Source of the DNA: Acidimicrobiales bacterium
GTDB lineage: Bacteria; Actinomycetota; Acidimicrobiia; Acidimicrobiales; VFJN01
Reading direction: 5' to 3'
NCBI GenBank assembly: GCA_046598435.1
Contig: JBKJIL010000276.1
Span: forward strand, 1-49,116
DNA length: 49,116 bases
Shown here piece by piece: positions 18,684 to 27,200 of this stretch (positions are counted from its first letter, which is position 1; the number at the start of each line of letters is the position of its first letter). The notes beneath the pieces were generated by a model that had not been told where the DNA came from, made no database searches, and saw only the letters and a list, made by a program, of their open reading frames with translations. The position numbers were made by a program, and so were the translations under genes.

Positions 18684-19769
18684 GTGTCGAAGGACGACAA
18701 GACCGAAGCCCCGACACCGAAGAAGAAGAAGGACGCCCGGAAGAAGGGGCAGATCCCCAAGTCGCCCGAGGTGATCACCTGGCTGCAGGTGCTGGTGGCC
18801 ACGGTCATGCTGAAGGTGACGGTGCACCGGGCCACCCAGGCGCTGGGGGGCGTGCTGGCCGAGGTGCGCGACGCCATCGCTCGACCCGATCAGGCGGTGG
18901 CCCTCGGACTCTTCGGGAGCGCGCTGCGCAACGCGGTCCTCGCCGTCCTCCCCCTGACCGGCGCCATGATGGCGGTGGGCATCATCGGCCACGTGGCCCA
19001 GACCGGCGGCTTCGCGTCGTTGTCCCTGCTCAAGCCCAAGCCCGAGCGACTCAACCCGATCCAAGGCCTCAAGCGACTGGCCAGCCCGCACGGCCTCTGG
19101 CAGGCCGGGAAGTCCATGCTGAAGGTCGGAGCCCTCGTCATGGTGGCCTGGCCGCCCATCGACGACCTCACCAAGTCGCTCATCGCCAGCGGGCACCTCC
19201 AGATCGGCTCGGTGGCGACCGCCGTCGCGGCGTCGGCTCTGCGGATCGCCCGGAACACCGCCTTGCTCGGGCTGCTGATCGCCGCGGTGGACTACGGGTT
19301 GCAGCGCCGCAAGGTCATGCAGGGCATGAAGATGACCAAGCAGGAGGTGCGCGACGAGCATCGCCAGTCCGAGGGCGACCCCCAGATGAAGGGCCAGATC
19401 CGCCAACGCCAATTGGCCATCGGGCGGAACCGCATGATCTCCGCGGTGGCTGACGCCAACGTCGTGATCGTCAACCCCACCCACGTGGCCGTGGCGCTGC
19501 GCTACCAGCCGGGTCGCGGTGCCCCTCGGGTCGTCGCCAAGGGCAAGGGCGCTGTGGCTCGCCGCATCCGAGAGGAGGCCGAGAAGCACCAGGTGCCAAT
19601 GGTGCGCGACGTGCCCCTCGCCCGTGCCATCGAGTCATCGGTGCGCCTCGGTGGCGAGATCCCCGCCGAGCTCTACGAGGCCGTCGCCCGGGTGCTCGCC
19701 TTCCTCACCCAAGTGGGCGCTCGACGCGCCTTCGGCGGGATCCTCCAGATCCCTCAACCCGTGCGCTGA
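18684..19769 (+). CDS. flhB: Flagellar export switch protein FlhB
   Basis: KTEAPTPKKKKDARKKGQIPKS at the N-terminus and the autocleavage NPTH motif (VVIVNPTHVAVAL). Confidence 0.93.
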   Translation: MSKDDKTEAPTPKKKKDARKKGQIPKSPEVITWLQVLVATVMLKVTVHRATQALGGVLAEVRDAIARPDQAVALGLFGSALRNAVLAVLPLTGAMMAVGIIGHVAQTGGFASLSLLKPKPERLNPIQGLKRLASPHGLWQAGKSMLKVGALVMVAWPPIDDLTKSLIASGHLQIGSVATAVAASALRIARNTALLGLLIAAVDYGLQRRKVMQGMKMTKQEVRDEHRQSEGDPQMKGQIRQRQLAIGRNRMISAVADANVVIVNPTHVAVALRYQPGRGAPRVVAKGKGAVARRIREEAEKHQVPMVRDVPLARAIESSVRLGGEIPAELYEAVARVLAFLTQVGARRAFGGILQIPQPVR

Positions 19770-19855
19770 GCAGCCGATGAGGCCGGTGCGGCCAGGACGG
19801 CCCATCGCAAGCGCCACCGGACGGCACCTCCCTGCAACCCCGAGGAACGCCGTCA

Positions 19856-21916
19856 GTGCCCACCAGCCGCATCGGTCAGGTCGCTGTGCCCGCCGCCATC
19901 ATCGGCATCGTCGTGATGCTCGTGGTGCCGCTGCCCTCGGCCGTGCTCGATCTGCTCATCGTGGCCAACCTCTCGGCCGCCGTGCTCGTGCTGCTCACCG
20001 CCATGTCGGTGGAGCGGCCGCTCGACTTCTCGATCTTCCCCTCGCTGCTCCTCGTGGCCACGATGATGCGACTGGCCCTCAACGTGAGCGCCACCCGCCT
20101 CGTGCTCTTGCACGGCTTCGCCGGCAAGGTCATCGAGAGCTTCGGGCACTTTGTCATCGGCGGCTCGATCATCGTCGGCCTCGTGATCTTCCTCATCCTC
20201 GTGGTCATCCAGTTCGTGGTGATCACGAACGGCGCCAGCCGCGTGGCCGAGGTGGCGGCCCGCTTCACCCTCGACGCCATGCCCGGCAAGCAGATGGCCA
20301 TCGACGCCGACCTGTCGTCGGGTCTCATCACCGAGGACCAGGCCCGAGTGCGGCGACGCGAGGTGTCCTCAGAGGCTGACTTCTACGGCGCCATGGACGG
20401 CGCATCGAAGTTCGTCAAGGGCGATGCCATCGCCGGCATCATCATCACGACCATCAACCTCTTCGGGGGGTTCATCGTCGGGGTGATGCAACGCGGTCTC
20501 AGCATCGGCGAGGCGATCGAGACCTACAGCCTGCTCACCGTGGGCGACGGCCTCGTGTCGCAGATCCCGGCGCTGCTCATCTCGATCGCGGCCGGCCTCA
20601 TCGTCACCCGCGCCGCCACCGAGTCGGACCTGGGCACCGATGTCGTCAAGCAGTTCGGCAGCCAGGACCGGGCCCTGCGGATCGCGGCGGTCTCCGTCGC
20701 CATCATCGCCGTCATCCCCGGGCTCCCGAAGATCCCCTTCCTCCTCGTGGCGGGAGCCCTCTGGGTCGCCGCCACCCGGGCGCAGACCCGCAAGGCGGCG
20801 CTGCCGCCGGCTGATGCCGGACTCGCCGCCGCCAGCGCGGTCGTCAACCGCGACGCTCCCGAGTCGATCGCGTCGGACATGCGGATCGATCCGATCGAGC
20901 TCGAGATCGCCTACGGCCTCATGGACCTCGTGGACACCGCCCGCGGCGGCGACCTCCTCGACCGCGTGCGGGCCCTGCGGCGCAAGGTGGCGATGGACCT
21001 CGGTCTGGTGATCCCACCCGTGCGGACCCGCGACAACATCGACCTCCCCGGCAACGCCTACGTGATCCGGGTCCACGGCGTGCCCGTGGCCCGGGGGGAG
21101 GCCCCAACCGGGATGGTGCTGGTCCTCGGCGAACGGCCGCCGGGCATTCCCGGACAGTCCACCATCGACCCGGTGTTCGGCATGGAGGCCACCTGGGTGC
21201 CCGCCGAGCTGGGCCCGCAGGCCGAAGCGGCCGGCGCCACGGTCGTCGATCGTGGCTCCGTGGTGACGGCCCACCTCGCTGAGGTGGTCCGAGCCAACGC
21301 CGCCCGCCTGCTCTCCCGTCAGGACGTCAAGATGCTCGTGGACGGCGTCCGCCAGTCCGACCCGGTGGTCGCCGAGGAGCTGACCGGCGCCGGCCTCACC
21401 CTCGCCGAGGTGCAGACCGTGCTGCACGGCCTGCTCGACGAGCAGGTGCCGATCCGCGATCTTGTGCGCATCCTCGAGGTGCTATCCGAGCGGGCCCGCA
21501 CCACCCGGGACACCGTGGCCCTCACCGAGGCCGCTCGCGCCGCCATCGGACCCGCCATCGCGGCAGCCCACCTGCACGACGGCCGGCTGCCCGTCCTCAC
21601 CCTCGACCCGCTGCTCGAGCACGGGCTCGTCGAGGCCATCCGACCCACCGAGTCGGGGGCGGTGCTGGCCGCCGACCCGGAGACCATCGAGCGCCTGATG
21701 GCCGCCGTCACCCACGCCGTCCACACCGTCGAGCAGACGGGCGCTCGTCCGGTGATCCTGTGCTCCGGTGGCCTGCGGAGCCCGCTGCGCCGCCTGCTGC
21801 GCACCGTTGACCCCGACCTCGCCGTCCTGTCCTACGCCGAGCTGGACCGCACCGTGCCGGTCGACGCCATCGGTGTGATCGATCTCTCCCCCGTCACCCA
21901 GCCCACCACGGCCTGA
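19856..21916 (+). CDS. flhA: Flagellar export gate protein FlhA
   Basis: 686 aa. Conserved FHIPEP region (RFTLDAMPGKQMAIDADL...FYGAMDGASKFVKGDAIAGIIIT) plus a cytoplasmic C-terminal domain. Confidence 0.95.
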   Translation: MPTSRIGQVAVPAAIIGIVVMLVVPLPSAVLDLLIVANLSAAVLVLLTAMSVERPLDFSIFPSLLLVATMMRLALNVSATRLVLLHGFAGKVIESFGHFVIGGSIIVGLVIFLILVVIQFVVITNGASRVAEVAARFTLDAMPGKQMAIDADLSSGLITEDQARVRRREVSSEADFYGAMDGASKFVKGDAIAGIIITTINLFGGFIVGVMQRGLSIGEAIETYSLLTVGDGLVSQIPALLISIAAGLIVTRAATESDLGTDVVKQFGSQDRALRIAAVSVAIIAVIPGLPKIPFLLVAGALWVAATRAQTRKAALPPADAGLAAASAVVNRDAPESIASDMRIDPIELEIAYGLMDLVDTARGGDLLDRVRALRRKVAMDLGLVIPPVRTRDNIDLPGNAYVIRVHGVPVARGEAPTGMVLVLGERPPGIPGQSTIDPVFGMEATWVPAELGPQAEAAGATVVDRGSVVTAHLAEVVRANAARLLSRQDVKMLVDGVRQSDPVVAEELTGAGLTLAEVQTVLHGLLDEQVPIRDLVRILEVLSERARTTRDTVALTEAARAAIGPAIAAAHLHDGRLPVLTLDPLLEHGLVEAIRPTESGAVLAADPETIERLMAAVTHAVHTVEQTGARPVILCSGGLRSPLRRLLRTVDPDLAVLSYAELDRTVPVDAIGVIDLSPVTQPTTA

Positions 21917-21938
21917 TCTCCCTCCGAGGAGCCCCAGC

Positions 21939-23165
21939 ATGCCCACCATCACGCACACCCTCGAAGGCCCCGACCTCGAGGCCCTCCTTGCCCGAGTACC
22001 CGCTGAGCTCGGCGCAGGCGCGACGATCGTCGCCGCCAACAAGCTGCGCTCAGGGGGCCTCGGGGGCTTCTTCACGAAGGAGGCGTTCGAGGTCGTGGTC
22101 GAGGTACCCGAGCCCGACGCGGCGGCGCCAGCACCAGAGGTCGCGCCTCGGGGCGATCTCTCGCTCGGGCTCGAGTCGGTGCCCCGCATGTCGACCGAGG
22201 CGGTCGGCTTCGCCGGTGTGCTCGATCGCATGGTGCGAGATGCCGGCATCGAGGACACGGCACCGCGGACGGTCGGCCCCGCCCTGCACCGCCCCGGCAG
22301 GCCGCTGAGCGCTGGGAGCAGCGACTCCGCCCTCGGTGCCATGGCCGAACCACCCGAACCACCCGAGCCCTTCGAGCCCTTCGAGCCCTTGCTCCCCGGT
22401 CCGACCGATCGTCGCATCGCGCCAGCCGTCCACGCCCGGCACGTGTCGGTGTCGACGCCCGGTGCGCCGCGGCCCGCGGCCCCGGTGCGGTCGTCGGGCG
22501 TCGCCAGCCCTGCACTCGACCAGCGTTGGCTGACGCGCGTGGGGATCCCCGCCAACCTGGCCCACCACCTCACGACGATCAGCCACGATCCTGCCGTCGA
22601 GCTCTACCACCTCATGGACCGGCTGGAGCTCCCCGAGCCGCTCCCGACGCACCGGGGCTCCGTGATCGCCGTGGTGGGGCGCCGAGCCGACGCCATGGAG
22701 CTGGCGGAGGCCTTTGCCGCAGAGCTGGGCACGAACCCGGACGACATCCTCGTCGCCGCGCCGAGCTTCCGCGGTTCTGGCGTGGTCGAGGCCCGACGCG
22801 TGAACAGCGTCGACCTGGCCCTGGAACGACGGCGCGGGTGGCGCCGAGCACACCGGCCCACGATCATCGCCGTGGAGGCGTCACTCGGTCGCCGCCGCAG
22901 CACGTGGGCCACCCACCTCCTCGACGCCGTCGAGCCCACCATGGTCTGGGGGGTCGTGGAAGCGAGCCGCAAGGCAGAGGACATCCGTGACTGGGCGGAG
23001 CGCCTCGGGGGTCTCGACGCCCTGGCAGTGACGGACCTCGACGACACGGTGTCGCCGGCCGCTGTGCTCGGCGCCGGCGTGCCGGTGGGGCTCCTCGACG
23101 GGAGCGAGGCCACCGCCAGCCGGTGGACCGCCATCCTGGCTGAGCACCTGGAGCTGGCGGCGTGA
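21939..23165 (+). CDS. FlhF-like protein with a degenerate (P-loop-less) SRP-type GTPase domain
   Basis: The N-terminus resembles the FlhF B-domain (GATIVAANKLRSGGLGGFFTKEAFEVVV). The C-terminal region keeps FlhF-like strand patterns (GSVIAVVGRR..., IIAVEASLGRR, ALAVTDLDDT), but there is no GxxGxGK[ST] anywhere. Canonical position after flhA. Confidence 0.6.
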   Translation: MPTITHTLEGPDLEALLARVPAELGAGATIVAANKLRSGGLGGFFTKEAFEVVVEVPEPDAAAPAPEVAPRGDLSLGLESVPRMSTEAVGFAGVLDRMVRDAGIEDTAPRTVGPALHRPGRPLSAGSSDSALGAMAEPPEPPEPFEPFEPLLPGPTDRRIAPAVHARHVSVSTPGAPRPAAPVRSSGVASPALDQRWLTRVGIPANLAHHLTTISHDPAVELYHLMDRLELPEPLPTHRGSVIAVVGRRADAMELAEAFAAELGTNPDDILVAAPSFRGSGVVEARRVNSVDLALERRRGWRRAHRPTIIAVEASLGRRRSTWATHLLDAVEPTMVWGVVEASRKAEDIRDWAERLGGLDALAVTDLDDTVSPAAVLGAGVPVGLLDGSEATASRWTAILAEHLELAA

Positions 23166-23470
23166 GCGCCCAACCGGTCCCGCACGCCGACGTGCGCGAC
23201 GTGCTCACCGACCCGCACGCCAGGCTCTCGGCGTCGCTCGTGCTGTCCCTCGTGCTGTGGGCGCCGTTCGGCATGGCCGCCCTGCGAAGCGACCTCGACG
23301 TCGTGCAGGCCGGACTTCGCTACCTCGTGTCGTTCGTCGGCTGCCGGTTGGCGGTGGGGGGCATCGCCCATCTGATGGCGTCGTACCACCTGCTCCAGCA
23401 GGCTGACGCCGACGATGCGCCCACGCCCGACGGCGAGCTGCTGCCCCGTCGGGCGGGCGACCTGGCCTGA
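23162..23470 (+). CDS. Small hypothetical membrane protein, last gene of the flagellar operon
   Basis: GTG 23162 overlaps the upstream stop (GTGA). High GC3. Two hydrophobic segments (LSASLVLSLVLWAPFGMAAL; YLVSFVGCRLAVGGIAHLMA). Confidence 0.5.
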   Translation: MSAQPVPHADVRDVLTDPHARLSASLVLSLVLWAPFGMAALRSDLDVVQAGLRYLVSFVGCRLAVGGIAHLMASYHLLQQADADDAPTPDGELLPRRAGDLA

Positions 23471-23495
23471 CCGGTCGGGGTCAGCGAGTGACGGC

Positions 23496-23525
23496 CAGCC
23501 TCCTCGTCAGCTGACGAGCAGGCTG
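23496..23525. terminator. Palindromic hairpin between the convergent flagellar and chemotaxis operons (candidate bidirectional terminator)
   Basis: CAGCCTCCTCGTCAG / CTGACGAGCAGGCTG, a 15-nt near-perfect inverted repeat (2 mismatches) centred at 23510/23511. It overlaps the stop of the minus-strand gene. Confidence 0.35.
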
Positions 23526-23992
23526 AAGCGACCCTCGCCGTAGCCCTCCACCGCGACGGCGAAGTCCCGGCGGTACTCAGGGCGCGCCAACAGGGCGGTC
23601 ACACCGTGGGGGAGCTCGCCCGGCCAGCGGTGGAGGTCGGCCAGGCGAACGTGGGGGGTCGAAGCGCTGTTGAGCATGCGCCCGAAGATGTTGACGACCT
23701 CGCGCACGTTCTCGAGGTGGTGGTCGGGGAGCTGCCCCTTGGTCACGTCCTCCTCGGCCACGTTGGACGGCACCATCACGAGCGCCGCTCCCACGCGCAC
23801 GGCGAACCGACCGTCGATGACGCAGAGGCAGGCCGTCCGGTCGTCATCGGTGACGAACTCGGCGATGGCCGCGGGTTGCTCCTCATCGAGCTCGAGGGGC
23901 GGGACCTTGTCGGCGGCCACCCCGCGCCCGAGGAGGTCGACGAGCAGATCGCGAACGTCCTCCTGGATGGGCACGGGGTAGTGGGCGACCAC
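23507..23992 (-). CDS. Divergent CheC/CheX-family-like protein (putative CheY-P phosphatase)
   Basis: 161 aa. The GTG start lies 3 nt after the cheY stop. Contains E94-x3-E98-x2-N101-x22-P124 (LENVREVVNIFGRMLNSASTPHVRLADLHRWP), which fits the CheC/CheX/FliY active-site pattern [D/S]-x3-E-x2-N-x22-P except at the first position. Confidence 0.5.
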   Translation of the reverse strand: MVAHYPVPIQEDVRDLLVDLLGRGVAADKVPPLELDEEQPAAIAEFVTDDDRTACLCVIDGRFAVRVGAALVMVPSNVAEEDVTKGQLPDHHLENVREVVNIFGRMLNSASTPHVRLADLHRWPGELPHGVTALLARPEYRRDFAVAVEGYGEGRFSLLVS

Positions 23993-23995
23993 GAG

Positions 23996-24361
23996 TCAGC
24001 CCACGCCAACCGAGCCGAGGACCTCCTGGAAGGTGTCCACGGTGAACGGCTTGGCGAGCAGGAAGAGCGCGCCGGCGGCGATGGCCCGCTCGCGCATCTC
24101 GGGCGTCGTCTCGGAGGTCACGAACCCGAAGGGCACCGTGATGCCCTCGGCGTTCAGCGCCTCCTTGAGCTGGATGCCGGTCATCTCGGGCATGTTCCAG
24201 TCGGACAGCACCAGGTCGGGCGGATCCGCCTTGATGGCGGCCAGGGCCATTGCACCGTTCTCCGCTTCGCGGAAGTCGTGGCCGTCGAACCCGGCCTGCC
24301 GCATCGTGCGGATCACGATCATCCGCATGGCCTTGCTGTCGTCGGTGACGAGGATCTTCAC
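23996..24361 (-). CDS. cheY: Chemotaxis response regulator CheY (single REC domain)
   Basis: VKILVTDDSKAMRMIV...DLVLSDWNMPEMTG...FGFVTSETT...LAKPF. GTG start at 24361. The ORF-track extension to 24541 lacks homology. Confidence 0.9.
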   Translation of the reverse strand: MKILVTDDSKAMRMIVIRTMRQAGFDGHDFREAENGAMALAAIKADPPDLVLSDWNMPEMTGIQLKEALNAEGITVPFGFVTSETTPEMRERAIAAGALFLLAKPFTVDTFQEVLGSVGVG

Positions 24362-24405
24362 GGGGGCTCCGATCGGCGGGGTTGACGGGGAGTTGAGCCA
24401 GGCCC

Positions 24406-24861
24406 TCAGGCCCGCTCGTGGATCTGCAGCGAGAACGGGATGCCCTCGTGCGAGAGGATCACCGAGGACGTGATGCGCGAGCCGGGCATGGCCAGCACGT
24501 AGCTGGTGCCCTCGGCCACGACGGGGAGCGACAGCTCGCACGGGTCCTCGATCAGCCCCTTCACGTTGCCACCGGCGATGTTGGCCAGCTCCCCCACCGC
24601 GTCGAGGACCTCCTCGGGGGCGAGCTCGGACACGGGAACGTCGAACATGAGCGACGCCACCTGCTCGGCCAGGCCTGATGGCAGCACCATCGACACGGAT
24701 CCGTGCCAGCCGCCGCTGATGTGCACGCAGGCCGTGACGGTGCGCTGGGCGGCGAGCTCCTCCGCCGACACGAACGACGGGTCGGCATCTTGGCCGACGA
24801 TCGCGTTCCAGATGGAACCGGCCAGGCCGGCGAGGTCGTCATCGACGAGCTGGAGTGACAT
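24406..24861 (-). CDS. cheX: Chemotaxis phosphatase CheX
   Basis: 152 aa from ATG 24861, with GGAG upstream. CheX-like motif DAVGELANIAGGN (D-x3-E-x2-N). Lies between cheR and cheY. Confidence 0.75.
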   Translation of the reverse strand: MSLQLVDDDLAGLAGSIWNAIVGQDADPSFVSAEELAAQRTVTACVHISGGWHGSVSMVLPSGLAEQVASLMFDVPVSELAPEEVLDAVGELANIAGGNVKGLIEDPCELSLPVVAEGTSYVLAMPGSRITSSVILSHEGIPFSLQIHERA

Positions 24862-24874
24862 GGCGGAGGCTCCT

Positions 24875-25702
24875 TCAGCACTTGCCGTAGCAGATGGTCT
24901 TGCCGGACTGGACCCGCTCGAAGCCCTCGACGACGTTGAGCGTCGTCTCGGAGGAACCGAGGAAGAGGTAGCCGTCGGGCCGGAGGTGATCACGGCATCG
25001 GGTGAGGATGTCGCGCTTGGTGGGGACGTCGAAGTAGATGAGGACGTTGCGGATCAGCACGAGGTCGCACATCGGCAGTCGGTCGTAGTCAGCGGCCACG
25101 TCGAGGTTCATGAGGCGGAACTCCACCATCGAGCGCACGTCGTCGTTCAGCTGCCACTGCATGCCAGTCCTCGAGAAGTGCTTGACCAGGAGCGGGGCAG
25201 GCAACCCCCGGTTCACCTCGAGCTGGCTGTAGGTGCCGGTCCGCGCTCGCTCGATCATGGTCGGTGAGATGTCGGTGGCCAGGATGCGGACGATCCACCC
25301 GTCGAGGGCGGCGCCGAAGTGCTCCTTGAGGAGGATGGCGAGGGTGTAGGGCTCCTGCCCGCTGGAGCTGGCCGCGCACCAGATGGTGAGGGTGCGCTTG
25401 GCGGCCCGCCGCTCGATGAGCTGCGGCAGGAGGTCGTCCCGCAGGGCGTCCCACGGATGGGCGTCTCGGAAGAAGCTGGTCTCGTTCGTGGTGAGGGCGT
25501 CGATGACCTTGCCCTGCAGCTCGCCCGAACCAACCCGGAGCTGGCGGACGAGGTCGCCGACGGAGTCCAGGCCTGCTTGCCGAGCCACCGGATGCAGGCG
25601 GTTCTCGGCCAGGTACTCCTTGCCGGGCTCCAGCACGATGGCGGCCTCGCGTCGAACGAGGTCGCGGATGTAGTCGAAGTCGGAGGCGTTGATGGTGCTC
25701 AC
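24875..25702 (-). CDS. cheR: Chemotaxis protein methyltransferase CheR
   Basis: ASDFDYIRDLVRREAAIVLEPGKEYL..., TNETSFFRD, LTIWCAASSSGQEPYTLAILL, LIRNVLIYFD. GTG start at 25702, one nt after the cheB stop. Confidence 0.92.
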   Translation of the reverse strand: MSTINASDFDYIRDLVRREAAIVLEPGKEYLAENRLHPVARQAGLDSVGDLVRQLRVGSGELQGKVIDALTTNETSFFRDAHPWDALRDDLLPQLIERRAAKRTLTIWCAASSSGQEPYTLAILLKEHFGAALDGWIVRILATDISPTMIERARTGTYSQLEVNRGLPAPLLVKHFSRTGMQWQLNDDVRSMVEFRLMNLDVAADYDRLPMCDLVLIRNVLIYFDVPTKRDILTRCRDHLRPDGYLFLGSSETTLNVVEGFERVQSGKTICYGKC

Positions 25703-25703
25703 G

Positions 25704-26816
25704 TCAGCCCTGCACCTGTGCGAGCGGACGGGGGACGGCCCGCCGAAGAGCAACCCGAGCCGTGATGGCCTCGGCGACGTTCGACAGCGGGAGGATCTCG
25801 TCGGCCAGCCCGGACCGCACGACGGCGCCCGGCATGCCCCACACGACGCTGGTCGGCTCGTCCTGCGCGAGGACGCCGGCGCCCGCGTCCCGCAGGAGCT
25901 CGGCACCGCGCTGTCCGTCGGCACCCATCCCGGTGAGCACCACGGCGAGGGCTCGGCCGCCGTAGACGCGGGCCACTGAGCGGAACATGACGTCGACGGC
26001 CGGGCGACAGCTGTTCTCCGGAGGGCCGTCCTCCAGCGCCAGCACCGCAGTGGTGCCGACCCGCCGCACGACCAGATGGTGGTCGCCCGGAGCGATCCAC
26101 ACCGCGCCGGGGTGGAGCACCTCTCCCCCGGCGGCCTCGCGGACCTGCAAGGCGCAGGTCGTGTCCAGCCGCTCGGCCAGGAGGCGGGTGAACACCGGGG
26201 GCATGTGCTGAGTGATCACCACGGGCACGGCGAGGGAGCCGGGGAGCGCGGCCAGCACCTCGTGCAGCGCGTTCGGCCCGCCGGTGGACGACCCGATGGC
26301 GACGACGTCGACCCGGTGGCGAGCGAGCGGATCCGACCGGAGCGGCCGATAGGGTGCCGGCGCCGGCCGGGGAGCGCCTCCGTCGTCGGCGACAGGGTGG
26401 CGACGCTCGCAGAGCGCCTTGATCTTCGGCACCAGCTCGGCGCGCACCCGCTCGATGGACTCGCTGACGCTGCCGACGTTGGCGGGCTTGGTGACGTAGT
26501 CGCTGGCCCCGAGGCTCATCGCCTCGAGGGTTGCCGCCGCGCCGCGTTCGGTGAGCGTGCTGAACATGATGACCGGCAGGTCCGGGTGCGTCTTGCGCAG
26601 CTCGCGGAGCGTGCCGAGCCCGTCGAGCTCGGGCATCTCGATGTCGAGGATGACCGCGTCGGGGCTGGTCTGCACGAGCTTCGAGAGGCCGATGCGGCCG
26701 TTGGCCGCGGTCACGACCGTCAGGTCCTCGTCCTCCTCCAGCACTTGGGACACCAGCCGTCGCATCACGACGGCATCGTCGACGACGAGCACACGGAGCG
26801 CGGCCACGTCAGCCAA
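25704..26816 (-). CDS. cheB: Protein-glutamate methylesterase CheB (REC plus esterase domains)
   Basis: REC domain (LRVLVVDDAVVMR...DAVILDIEMPELDG) and methylesterase motifs (VVAIGSSTGGPNAL, TGMGADG). The start is TTG 26816 or GTG 26807. Confidence 0.93.
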   Translation of the reverse strand: MADVAALRVLVVDDAVVMRRLVSQVLEEDEDLTVVTAANGRIGLSKLVQTSPDAVILDIEMPELDGLGTLRELRKTHPDLPVIMFSTLTERGAAATLEAMSLGASDYVTKPANVGSVSESIERVRAELVPKIKALCERRHPVADDGGAPRPAPAPYRPLRSDPLARHRVDVVAIGSSTGGPNALHEVLAALPGSLAVPVVITQHMPPVFTRLLAERLDTTCALQVREAAGGEVLHPGAVWIAPGDHHLVVRRVGTTAVLALEDGPPENSCRPAVDVMFRSVARVYGGRALAVVLTGMGADGQRGAELLRDAGAGVLAQDEPTSVVWGMPGAVVRSGLADEILPLSNVAEAITARVALRRAVPRPLAQVQG

Positions 26817-27186
26817 CCTCGAGGCCCATGAGGCCGAGCTTGTCTTCGATGACCTCGCGGGTGATCGGCTTCATGGCGTACTCGTCGACGCCGGCCTTGA
26901 GGGCGTCGTAGACGTGCCGGGGGTTCGTCTCGCTCGTGACCATCATCAGGCGAGTGCGGTCGAAGCGGCGCTCGGCTCGCATGGCCTCGATCAGCTCGAG
27001 GCCGTTCATCTCCGGCATGTTCCAGTCGACGAGCGCCAGCGCGGGGGGTTCACCGGCTTCCCCCAGTGTGGTGAGGGCGGCTCGTCCGTGCTCGGCTTCG
27101 AGCACCTCGTCGAACCCGATGTCGGTGAGCATCTTGCGGAGGATGGTCCGCATGGCTCGGGAATCGTCGACCACGATGGCGCGCAC
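26809..27186 (-). CDS. cheY: Chemotaxis response regulator CheY (second copy)
   Basis: VRAIVVDDSRAMRTILRKML...LALVDWNMPEMNG...MMVTSETN...YAMKPI. GTG 27186 is preceded by AAGGAG. Confidence 0.9.
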   Translation of the reverse strand: MRAIVVDDSRAMRTILRKMLTDIGFDEVLEAEHGRAALTTLGEAGEPPALALVDWNMPEMNGLELIEAMRAERRFDRTRLMMVTSETNPRHVYDALKAGVDEYAMKPITREVIEDKLGLMGLEVG

Positions 27187-27200
27187 GGGGTGCTCCTTGG

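Noticed and set aside
24862-24993. N-terminal extensions of the cheX ORF (to 24993), the cheY ORFs (to 24541 and 27306) and the cheR ORF (to 25924)
   Set aside because: The extensions are Pro/Arg/Ser-rich, overlap the upstream genes, and precede the point where family homology begins. Internal ATG or GTG starts with SD-like sequences fit better.
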